Notes under the pieces: generated by a model
Databases searched by the model: none
Told to the model about the DNA's origin: nothing
The model's input: only the letters and a program-made list of their open reading frames with translations
Made by a program: the position numbers and the translations under genes
In this document: piece after piece, positions 1 through 37,602 of the stretch
Layout of the letters: each line of letters begins with the position of its first letter
Numbering within the stretch: position 1 is the first letter of the stretch
Source: Sphaerodactylus townsendi
Lineage: Eukaryota
Length of the DNA stretch: 64,000 bases
Direction: 5' to 3'
Assembly: GCF_021028975.2 (NCBI RefSeq)
Contig: NC_059426.1
Location: forward strand, 142,228,001-142,292,000

Positions 1-822
1 TTTGGGACTCAAATCAAGCTGAACAGATGGAACAAATAACCGTCTAAATTCAAATTCTACACATTCCTCCTCTGGCTTGAAAACAGCTGTTGCAAACTCT
101 ACAAATAGAGACCCCCCTTCTTAGATAACAGGAAGTTTCAGCCAGTTTTTGTGTTTGTTTCAGCTTAGCAGGAAGGGTTAAGAATGGGTGCCTGCAATCT
201 TCTCCCAAACACCCCTTTAAGTTAAAGCTTTAAATACTTTTGGTACAGACTGGAAGTAACAGGGCTAAAAATGCATGTGAAGTGAAAAATATACGTGCTA
301 CCATTTCTGTTTTGTGAGCTCTCATCTACATTCAGAACAAGCTCTTGTCCTGGCTTCCCATGGAGGCAGGGGTCCTGCCCCTTAACCTTTCAGGACATTT
401 TCAGTCTGACTGCAATGCTGGGTCATACATAAGTTTCCCCCTTTTGCTTGCCCAAAGATGAAGTGACTGACATTAGAGACTCAATACTGCCCTTGGGAAG
501 TTGTGAAAGAATGAAGTGCTAATGGCAGTTAGTCATTCCTGTGGCTACCTAACCTCAAAGGCAGGCTGATATAACAAGAGCTGGCTGCAACTGTGATACT
601 GGAGTGTGTCCCAGCTAGAGCTTGGAGCTCTGTCACTCCAAATTTCTTCCTAGGATCTTAGCTTAAGAGGGTGTGCCCCCCCGCCCACCCCACACACATA
701 TATAGGGAAGCTGTTGTGGAGAATCTAATCTCCTATTCACAAAGGACCTGTAGTCAGGAAAGCTGCTCTTTCATTTAGTTAGTGTGCTGTGAAATTGGAT
801 GGATACCAGTGGCCTCAAAAGA

Positions 823-27376
<26,554 letters not shown>

Positions 27377-30300
27377 GGCTGCTCCTGCGCCGCCTGCTTG
27401 CCTGGGGCGGAGGAAGAGGGGAGAAGCTGCCCCGCCGGGGGTCTAGAGGAGATGGGGAGCCTCGGAGGGCTGGAGGCGGCCAGCAGCTCCCTCCAGCAGC
27501 AGCTGCAGCAGCCTCCGCCAGAGATCCAGCAAGGATCTATTAGCGCGCATGCGCGAACCCCCTTTCCCCAGCCTCAGACCAAGCAGGAAAAGGGTCCCCC
27601 CTGGGCTACCCCTTCACCGGCCTCCCGGAGGCCTCTCAACCCCCGGGCGCTCCATGTCGGCGGCTGCTTCTGTTGACCCGGAACCACTTCGCCGCTGCTG
27701 GCGCCGTTACGTCCCGCAACCGGAGGCGGGGCAGAGAGAACCCCAGGAGCTGATGGCGGAAGGGGACGGGAAGGATCGTGCCCGTCTTGAGAATGATGGG
27801 TGGGAGCAGTTGGGCGGTGGAGCTGTGGAGGGTCTCCTTTAGCGTGGCGCTCATCACTGTAAAGGCACCATAGGGACGCCGCCTTCTTCGCAGAGACCAG
27901 TGAGAAAGTTGCCACTGCTCTTTTAACACACGAGTTCATATATAACGATTGCAACTCGTTATAAACATGCTGTGTGGAATCCACTAAAGAGTTGGTTGCC
28001 GGATAACGACTCTCGCAGTGGGAAGAGGCCGCAGTAGCCTCTCCAGTCTTCATTCATAGCAAAACCTAAACCACGTAATACCTTTAATGAAGTCCAGCGA
28101 AGACAGCCCGTGTTTGATTTATGCAGCACTCAGCATGTTCCCGACCACTATAAGGCGCTGTCTTGTAAAAATTCTGCGTGCGAGGAATAGTGATGGCCAG
28201 AGGTCTAGGATTAGGCAAATTGATGGAAGAGAGGTCTGTGGCTACTAGTCATGAACTTCCTCAATCAGAAGCAGAAATCCTCTGAATCGCAGTCCCAGGA
28301 GACAAAATCAGGGGAAGGCCTTCATCACTGAATTGTGTTTTAGCCATAGGAAGTAACTGGTTACACTGTGAGACAGGATGCTGGACCAGGTGGACCACTG
28401 GTCTGATCCAACAGGGCTCTTATTGTGTTCTTATGACCAGGTATGCTGATTTAACATGGTGCTAGTGTTAGATTTTTCATGTCCCTAATAAGCCAGCTGA
28501 CTTTAAATAATAAAACTCTCCTCTGGCTAATGCCATGTCAGTATGTAACAGCAGTTGATGGCATTGTTGTCCAGATCTTCAGAGGAATTTGAACCCAGGT
28601 CTATCAATCTCAGAGAGTGAAGGAAGGAACAGTAAAGAGATGATGGGGAAGGTGGAGAACTTTCCCTGACTTTTTCCAGCAAGCATGTTGGTTATTTTGA
28701 TTGTTTCCAGGCCAAAGATAAGCAACTTTTTGATTCATGTTTAGTGTGTGTGTGAGGTCACATGTTAAAATGTAAGCTGACCTAAGATAGAACATATTTG
28801 TAGTTTTACATTCTGGTTATATGCTTTAAATGTTGTCTCTGTGTTTGTTGTTTTGTAGCCTGCCTTAGGTACTTTAAAAGAGAGAGAGGTCAGAAATGTT
28901 TAATATAAATAAATACTATACCCTATTTTATTTATTTAAAGCATTTAGTAGCCACATTTCTGCCTTATAGTATTCAAGGTTGCTCGCAGTATAATATCGG
29001 CCAGCAACAGTATGCATTGTTTGGATCTCCAGTCAAATACTAAATCCTTTTTTATTTTTTTAAAAAAGGAGAGTAACATGAATCTATAACCTGATTAATT
29101 CTTATTCTTATTTGTAAATAATTTGATGAGAATACTTTGTTTCTATTGAAAATGCATTATTCAATCAGGCTTTATACTATATAGGTAAGAGGAAAAAAAC
29201 CAATATCTTTTAGATCTAAAAGGTCAAAGTATATTGCTTTCCCTTGTTCTTTTTTCTCTTTTATTATTTTTTTAAACTGTATTTCATAATTACTGTTGTA
29301 GATGAGCCCAGTGATCAGACCAGGAGTCCAGGTGTTCTTCATACTGTGGCCAACTACTTGCCCTGGAGAACTCTGCAGACAGTTTTGCATGTTATCAAAG
29401 AGTTTTACAGAAAATGATGAAATCACCAATCTACAAGTCTTAGTGGGAGTTGGGTTCAGGCACAGATTGTGACCTCAGAAAAACCCATCATGATGTAGTG
29501 AGTAGACTGCCTGATTAGGATCCAGGAGGGTTAGGATTGAATCTCAACTCTGCCATGGAAGTCATATACACATAACCTACCTCATAGGATTGCTGGGAAG
29601 ATACAGAAATGATGTAAAGCTGTTTTGGGTCCCCATTGGGGAGGAAGGTGCTGTATAAAGGAAGTAAAATAATAATAAAATGATTTATCCATTTGTGACA
29701 AGCATAACATCAGAAAATGAAGCTATGATTCCCAAGTCTCCAAACTGGTCATGAGTTTCATTATGATTATAGGAGTTGCAGTGTCAAAAATGAGGGGAAT
29801 CAGAACCTCCTGTCTCAGACTGTGTTCAGAATGCCTCCCTCATGTTCCTGTTTGCAATAGAGGTTAAGGTTGCTTGTTTTTGGCAGGCATTAACTCAACA
29901 GAAAATGAAGCTAGGTGCCTTGCAGCTGGCCAGCAGATTCCAGGTGATGGAAATTGCAGAGCCAAAAATGAAAGAGATTGTTATTTCCTGGCCTAGATTT
30001 ATACATCCCTCTGCTTTTTGCAAAGGAAGCAACTTTTTACTTACAAAAAACAAGGAAGCCAGAGGTAACACAGACAGGGAAGGTTACAGAACAATGGGGG
30101 TTAACAATTTCTCTGATCTTCAGACTGTGTAACTATGATCTAGGAGACCTGGGTTCTAATTCTCACTCTCTCATGGGAACCTTGCTTGGGCTACTCAGCC
30201 CAAGGTTTGTTGTGATAATAAAATGAAGACAAGGACAATGATTCAAGCTGCTTTGGGTTCCCCAATCATTGGTGAGGAGGGCAGGGTATAAATGGAAGTA

Positions 30301-30982
30301 AATCCCTCTACTGTTTGCAATGGAAAGGACAGCTAATGGCTAAAATCTGGGATGGTAGAACCAACAGAGGCAGGCAGAGTGGAAAATATCCCATCCTTTA
30401 CAAAACATAGGGGGTTTAATAACTTCCCTAGCCTATTAGAACCAGTGTGGTGTAGAATGTCCAGGTAAGACTAAGAGACCCAATTTCAAATCCCAATATG
30501 CCATGGGAGGTTGCTGATGACTTTGGTCCAGTTGCACTCTCTCAACCAGACTAGTTCACAGGGTTGTGCGGATAAAGTGGAGGGCAGGAGAATGATATAA
30601 ACTGCTTTGGATCCCCAATGGGAAGAAAAGCAGGGTATGACTTTTGTTATAAGTCTGATTTTGGCTACAGTTGACCCAAAAAGAGGGTGTTTGCTCTTGC
30701 TATTGCTTCATCTGGTATCACCGCAACTCTTGATTGGACACTGCAAATTAAGTATTCTAACTTCTGTTAAATAAGCTATGGGGTTGGCATGGAAAAGCTA
30801 ACGGATGACTTGCCTTTGGTAAATAAATAAATGGCTACTTAGTGCAGGAAGGGGTTGTGCTTCAAAAATATTAAAATGGGCATGGTTCAGGGCCAACAAC
30901 GCATCAAGGACCCTCAAGATTAAAGAGTACTGATATAAGGATAATTCCCCTGAACATCACATAAAAGCCTGTTCACATAGAA

Positions 30983-31389
30983 CAGTGGTGGCGAACCTAT
31001 GGCACAGGTGCCAGAGGTGGCACTCAGAGCCCTTTCTGTGGGCACACATGCATAGAGTTCATCATGGGGGGGAGGCGGAAAATCACCCACACCCACACAT
31101 GCATCTAGGCTAGCCTGGGCACTATCCTTTACCTGGGAGTAAGCTCGGTTGCTGGCAATGTGTCTTACTTCTGATTAAACTCTCCTAGGGTTGTGATTCA
31201 CCCATTCGAAGCGTTGTACTGTTGCTTCACCAAGCTTACTCCTGAGTAATGTGCGCCTCAGAGCCAATCGTCTTATCTATACTAAACCTCAGTATTCAGG
31301 TTAAATTGCCGTGTTGGCACTTTGTGATAACTAAGTGGATTTTGGGTTGCAATTTGGGCACTCAGTCTCAAAAAGGTTTGCCATCACTG
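30983..31389. mobile_element. hAT non-autonomous element
   Basis: TIR CAGTG(G/A)TGGC(G/A)AACCT; TSD ACATAGAA; same family as 44171-44597. Confidence 0.85.
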
Positions 31390-31751
31390 ACATAGAACAT
31401 CACAAAAAAACCTGTTCAAGCAATTATAATAAAACATTGGCACCTCTTGTCTAACAATTGTAATAAAACATTGGCACCTTTTAATAACCATAATAATGAA
31501 AAACCTCTGAGACAGGTTAGAGAACCATAGACAGGGAGAAGTACCAGATGGTATAAATGGTAAGGGGAGGACAGTATGCCGCTGTTGTATGTTGTGTGGG
31601 AGTGCAGAAACAAACAGAACATTTCAGAAATCATGCAGTGCCAAGATTTTTTAGATGCTCATGTAACAACTGTAATTCAAAGGAGGTAGTTTGTGTTATT
31701 CAGTGTCACTGGAATTTGTTCTTTTTTGTCATTCTCTTCTATTTTGTTAAC

Positions 31752-32229
31752 TGTAGTCGACCCACGTGGTCAGCGTAAGAACGAGACGAGACGCGGAGAT
31801 AACATCTGGTGGAGATCGCCAGCAGCGGGAGCCCGGAGGTCCGTGTTCCTAGCGAGTCTCCCGCGTGCTCGCTCCTGGCACCTTTTATTGTTATTTTATC
31901 GGGGGCGTGTAGGAGGGAGGACCGGGGGAAGTTCCGGGAGAGCGGGAGGCGAGGTCGAGGAGAGATCATCATGCTTGATGCATGATCTCACCTGGCTCAC
32001 GCGGCTTGGGAGAGGAGCCGTAAGCTGTCTGAGCCTAATCCTCACCTGGGGGCAAGACTCATTGTCCCTGCGCCCGGTGACTGAGGCCAGACAGTTCATG
32101 ACCCGTGACTCATAGGGGGGATGAGGAGTGGGGAGTCGCGGTCGCGACCAGAAGGTCGTAAGGTCCGTTAAGGCGTCCCAACGTTTCTACCACGGTGTGC
32201 TGTTGCTGGGTCAGCAGTGCATTACTACA
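31752..32229 (-). repeat. 3' LTR of provirus
   Basis: Preceded on the minus strand by a purine-rich tract; AATAAA at 31884-31889. Confidence 0.95.
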
Positions 32230-32247
32230 TCTCCTCGCTTACATTTT
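32230..32247 (-). other. Polypurine tract
   Basis: AAAATGTAAGCGAGGAGA immediately before the TG of the 3' LTR. Confidence 0.8.
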
Positions 32248-32299
32248 AGAAGGGGGACGGCGGAAATGCTAAGGGGTGATTTAAGGGGACGCTTTGTCT

Positions 32300-33891
32300 C
32301 CTCCGCCCGTCTGGTCAAGCTGACCGAAAGCTGCTTGTGTAACACATCAGGAGGAACTTGGTTAGCGGGGTAAGCGAAATTCGAGGGAGCTTCTTACTAA
32401 TAACACACACGTTACAGGCAATATTAGACACACATTGAACGTAAACAAGATCCGATAACGAGGCACACAATTAAACCAATGCAGAGCTTGCACAATAAAG
32501 CACTCAACCATCCTCCCGGCAGCCAGCTCCGGAGGGCTGACCACCAATGGGGCAAAACATCATATTTCAGATTAGATACAACTTCTTGCAGCCTCACGTG
32601 ACTTCATATGGAATCACAATTGCAGGAATTATCAGGAAAGATTAAAAACAACACATAGCCCATGCTTGCATTCTCACAACCTTGGTGATGTAATAACAAT
32701 AAGTAATCAATAAGCGCACGATTGTCTAGGGTCAGCTTGAGCAGCCCGAAAGTTCCTGCTGCTTTCGGAGGAGCCAGAGCCGTCCAGAGCAAATGTGGAG
32801 GTAGAGTTGATGGACTGCGCAAGGGCACAGGCCAGCCCGGCCAATAGTCTTAGCATTGTAAGAAGGCGAGTCCGGGGACTCCCACCAGGGAAGTGCTGCG
32901 TAGGGAGACGAACTCCCGCTTGGGAGAGGGCGAACGCGTCAGCTCCGACAGCGGAGGGGCTCGAGAGCAGCAGAGCGAGCGGCGGCGGCGGGCGTCCGGG
33001 CTCCCGGGGTGGGAAGCCTGGGGGTAGGGACGATGAGTGAGGCTGACCGAGGGCAACAAAGAGTTCCGGCAGAGAGTCGGGCGGGGAATGTAATTAAGCG
33101 TTCTCTCCCGCAGGTCCAGAACCAGCCCCTGGGGAGCAGGATGTTTCCGAACATGGGGAATGTCCTCCGTGTGTGCAGTATTCCAATTACCGGAGCCGAT
33201 GAATGGGCCCGGGTCGGTTCCCCGTTTCGCTGCGCCCGGTGATGCGAGGCGCAGGTGTTAGATTCGTGGGTTAGCTGGACAGTCTTGGTGACAAGGGAGA
33301 GAGCCGCCAGCCGGGAGGGTTTAGACGACGGGTCCCCAGTCGGCTCATAGAGTAACACCTGATGGATGGCCAGCGGTGGCATTCATGAAGGGGCTTCAGC
33401 CCAGACTCCGCTAGGAAGTCTCCGGGCGCTTTGCAGACGGGGAGCAGGCAGGAGCTTAGCAGCTCCCCGACTCCTCAGGTACTGGCCCAGGCAGAAAGAT
33501 GAGACGTTGGCAGCGGCAGCAAACTGCTCCCAGATGTTGGCCACCTGGTGAAAGCTCGTCAGGGGGTGGCCGCATCATGCCATCGGCAGGAGGCAACAGA
33601 GCAGGCAGCGGATGGTGGCCGCCCGAGGTTGGCGGTGATGATCGCAAAGCAGAGCGGCACAGAGGAGTTCCTCGGAGATTGTCTCGGGGTGGTCTTGCTG
33701 GCGCAGCAGCTCCTAGGAGCTTGGCTGGTGAAGTGCGCCTTGACGTCTCCCAGGTCATTCGGGTCTTTGGGCGTTGGCGGCGGCGTTCCTGTTGAGACCG
33801 CTGGGCGGGATCCTTTAGAGAGATGTGTTCCATCTCCGGGATGGGGTTGGTTTCCTCCTGGCGCCATCTCCATGGGTTGGCAGCCTGTCAT
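32300..33891 (-). pseudogene. env: ERV env (frameshifted as assembled)
   Basis: Leader MTW.DVK..TSQA.ELLRQQ...AII; SU end LPRGWFWTCG; furin site RRRRS (~32978-32992); ISD-like LDNRALIDYLLL followed by GCENASMG-CCF; hydrophobic anchor ~32400-32500. Confidence 0.82.
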
Positions 33892-33990
33892 GGCGAATCG
33901 GAGTCCACAGGGACCCAGGAAGAGGGACTGAAACACACCCCCTTTCCCCAGGTTATGGGGGGCGAGGTCCCGCCAGGCTCAGTTCTAGAG
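33880..33990 (-). pseudogene. Remnant of integrase C-terminus containing the probable env splice acceptor
   Basis: ITWGKG..VSVPLPGSLWTPIRH resembles the beta-type IN tail (TWGRGYACVS...PLWVP.R); GTGTGTTTCAG acceptor, AG at 33929-33928. Confidence 0.6.
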
Positions 33991-34899
33991 CTGGATGGCG
34001 GGGAGATCGGGATCGGGTTTTTGTTTGAGTTGGGGTTTTAGAAGTTTAGGAGTTTAATATAAGAAGGCTTGTTTTGCAGTCTGTGAAGGTTGCTTTTAAT
34101 GCAATCCTCCTGGGGGCCGCCTACTTACCTCTTTCTTTAATTGTTGTTTGACAGGGAGGGCAGGAGGTAGAAGCGACCCTGAGTGGGAATCTGGCTTCAG
34201 AGCGTCATCAGGGCTGCGTCAAAGGCCAGGGTCCGAGCCTCGGTGGGGAGGGAAACAGAAGCGGGTCCTGGGGGGGATTGTGGGTATGCATGCTTAATCA
34301 GCAACACAAAAGCGGGCTTCTTGGAAGCGCCTTTTAGGGGGGATGGGTGCATCCGGAGAATGATGCAATCGAGGCTTTTATTAGAGGCAGATTCCCCGCA
34401 CACAAAACAAAAGGGGGGGGGTTTTCTTTGCAAGGGGTTTGCACCTTACCGTCGGGACCTTGGTGGCTGGGAACGCAGGAAGCTGGATGGTGCTAAAATT
34501 CTTTGTGCGGGATCCCGAATTATCTTGAGGAATTGCCGCCGCCGAGACCGCCTTCCTTAAGGGGCGGTTTGCTAAGCGCTTCTGGCCTTTTTTTAACGTG
34601 GTACCTGATAAAGTTGCCAGGCGCTGGGCAGCCATAACCCAAACGCGGTTTTGGGTATTAGGGGCATAATGGTGGCAGCCCCTTTTTAAACTGGGGCCTG
34701 TCCTGACAGTGCTGCGGTATCAGGACGGGCCCAGATTTTAAATCCAGGGAGGGCCAGTCAGCCAATTGGCCCTCCGCCTCTACTGAGTCGAGAAAAAACA
34801 GAAGGGGAGGAGAGGAGGGGAGAGGGAAACAGTTTTCTACGGGAAATTCAGGGAAAGTAATTTTCGAGGAAGGCACGATTGGGATCAATGATCTGTGGA

Positions 34900-35745
34900 C
34901 GGCTTTATCCATCCCAGGAACCAAAGTCGCTTTTGACCTGACTCATGAGGTCCCTTCCCCAGAGATTGACGTGGGATGTCTAAGGCAGCGATGGGAAGCG
35001 GACTGTGAGCTGCCGCTCGAAGTCCTGGGCTGTTGACCGGGTGAGCTGAGCGGATGCTCCGTCTACAAGCTGTTTGTCTTCCCCCCACCCCCCAGATGTC
35101 GCGAGGGCAAGTTCCTCGGTGCGGCCACTGGTCGGGCCACTCGGCTGCTCTGATGACGGTAACATCAGCGCCCGGTGTCCACCAGGCTCCTTGAACATAC
35201 ATCCTTCTATGGCGAAGCCGCCCAGGTATGGGCGGGAGCTCCCGATAGGCGTCTCCACCGGCTGGGCGCACGGTGGTGGTTTTAGGCGCTGCGCCATGTT
35301 GGCTGCTGGGGCTTGTAGCCTTTATTGGAGTGAAGCAGCGGAGCAGCGCATGGGGCAAGAAGGAATCAACTGAGCGCAGCGCTGGCTCCGGCAGGCAACT
35401 CCTGTGGGATGTTTGTCCAGACTCTGGAGATGGATGGGTCCGCTTGGTGCTGCGGAGTTACGATCACTCCGGGGACGGCGATAGACAGTCCCTGTTCAGC
35501 GGCAGAGGCCTTTGGCAACACTCCAGCCCAATAGTCCCCGCGTATTAGGGATGGGCTCTGCCATACTGGGTTGGGGCGACAAAGAACCTCGGGTCGGGGA
35601 ACTTTTAAAGGAGATGGGCTGGAGTGCATGCGAAGCGATGATGCCACGATGAGGGGGGTGGTTTCGGCAGGGGCCTTGGTGTTTGGGCTCTGCTCTAGTA
35701 TTCCTCCTCCTTGGTCCTGGGCTGGGGAGACGCGCCGAGCGGGAG
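34900..35745 (-). pseudogene. pro: ERV degenerate dUTPase plus aspartic protease (frameshifted)
   Basis: GVLPKASAAEQGLSIAVPGVI (dUTPase motif 2/3-like); [24 protein letters not shown] (~35130-35195, after frame repair); IWGVGG flap; NLWGRDLM (~34945-34970). Confidence 0.85.
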
Positions 35746-37394
35746 TTTCCTCGACGGGCAGTCGCTTTCTCCAGTGGAAGCCTCTTCTGGCATCGTGGGC
35801 ACCGCCGGTTTTAGGGTGGCCTTCTCACTCCTGAGGGAGGACCCTCCTCCATCGGGGTTGTAGAGCCCCCCCTTTACCGGGCTGCTCTACACTCCCTTCG
35901 GAAGTGTCCGGATCTGCCGCAGTTAAAGCAGTCATCCTGGAGGCTGCCTCCCCGCCGGTGGAGGAAGTGCTGCGGCGAGGGAGTGCTAGCTTTGTGGGCT
36001 GGAGGATCCGATGGTCCTTGGCAAGCCTTAAGCATGTCGGCTAAGTTCAGGATTTTTTTGCCCAGGCCCGTGCATTGTTCTTGGCGGCACCTCGCCGTGG
36101 AGTATGCGTTCTCTTTATGCGACGCATGAGAGGAGCCTCGCTTTTGGGCCTCTTACCGCTATCTACCTGCCTCTTTGAGCGCTTCCTGGAGCCTGTTCAC
36201 AAACTGCGGCGCATAGGGCTCTTGGGGGTTTTTTTTGCCGGATGGTGGAGAAAACTCTGGGTTGGCTGGCCGGCATTGGGGACTTTGATAAATGCCTTTA
36301 TAGGCGACACTCCAGAAGGCGCACCGGTGAAGGGTGGCCTTCAGGCAGGATCGCGAGAGATCTGATCGTTGGGGTTGGCGAAGCATCGAAACCGGTAAAG
36401 CTGAGCGGCTGTGTAGGCGCCGCCGAGGCGGCCCCCCTGCTGATGCATTGCTGGCGGAACTCGGGCTTTCCCCAGATCAGCAAATTGTGCAGGGCTCAGT
36501 GAGCATCGCGGTAAAGGGTGGTTTTCCAGTCGCTCTGGAACCATTATTAGGTGATTCCTCGGGCGATTGCCTCCCAGCATGCCCTCTCACGTAGGGGCTA
36601 GTGATTCCTACGCCTCGTGACGCTTAAACTGCGGAGCTCGCAGTGAGGATGTTATAGCGTTTAAAAGGGCGGTACTCGACAACCCATTCCGCCTAATGAC
36701 GCACCCTCCCCCCCCCCGTATCTGTGAAATGGACCGGGGCATAATGCAAGCAGATATCGGCATCGCTCTTCCTCGCCAGGGTTTCTTTCTTCTGCAGGAT
36801 CGGCTTGGCTAATACGCTCTGGCGAGAAGTTTTGAAACCCGCGCCATTACGTGGCGTTTCGACGGAGAGTGCGAGTGGCTTCGGAAAATGAAGGCGAAGC
36901 AAGCAGGGAGGCATTGAGCGGCGGAGAGAGTTTGAAATGGGCTGTAAGGGCGAGCAAGGGGGGCAGAAGGAGGGACAGGCGTCCAATTTAGTGGGATAGG
37001 AGAAAATTCCGGGGTTGAAATTGAAGGTGAAAGATCGAAGGAGGCATGCGGACTCTACAGCAAGGGGAGAGCCATGAGAGTCTGCAGGCTGATGGCATGA
37101 CATAACATTGTCTCCATCGCCAGTAAGTAGTGACATCGGTGCTTGGCTGAGGGCTCTGTGCGCCTTAAAGAGTGCGCCTCGGGATGTTTTCCTGCAGTCC
37201 TTAGTCCCAGATTCAATGTCCCCCCCCCTCTGGGTACCCGGCTGGACACTGAGCTTCCAATCTCCTCAACCAGTTTCGCGCGAGCTCCCTTCTCTTTACC
37301 CAGGGGACCCTGCGCATTTCGCTAACGGCTTTCAGGTTCGCTTCAACGCGTCCTTAAGTCATAAGCTCCTGCTTTTTGCAAAAACTTTTCCCAT
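35690..37394 (-). pseudogene. gag: ERV gag (frameshifted as assembled)
   Basis: MG start at 37394; matrix motif YPEGGTLNL; capsid ITSPYVRG; MHR-like QEPYA-QFVNRLQEAL (~36180-36240); zinc knuckles CFNCGRSGHFRREC (35889-35930) and CPRCQ..FHW..DC (~35757-35801). Confidence 0.88.
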
Positions 37395-37581
37395 ACCTTC
37401 ACCACGGTGTTCCTGGTCTGGACGCAGAGAGTGTCCTAGGATCCAGCGTGATCTCTTGGATGCGCCCGATCCAGAGGGACAGGCGATACCGAAATGGTGG
37501 TCCCTGGATGCGCCGATCCAGCGGACTTCGGTATCGCGGCCCTTTCCCAGGCGACGGTGAGCAGGGTGGAGGTTCGAGGAT

Positions 37582-37599
37582 TCCCGGGTTTCGGCACCA
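37582..37599 (-). other. Primer-binding site complementary to tRNA-Phe 3' end
   Basis: Minus-strand TGGTGCCGAAACCCGGGA, an 18-nt complement of vertebrate tRNA-Phe(GAA) 3' end including CCA, 3 nt from the LTR. Confidence 0.93.
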
Positions 37600-37602
37600 G
37601 CT

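Noticed and set aside
34000-34940. Reverse transcriptase/pol gene
   Set aside because: No LPQG, YxDD, RNaseH or HHCC motifs found by eye, and the interval is far too short
37570-37602. Apparent tRNA-Phe gene 3' end
   Set aside because: Only 18 nt match, includes CCA and abuts an LTR, so it is a PBS
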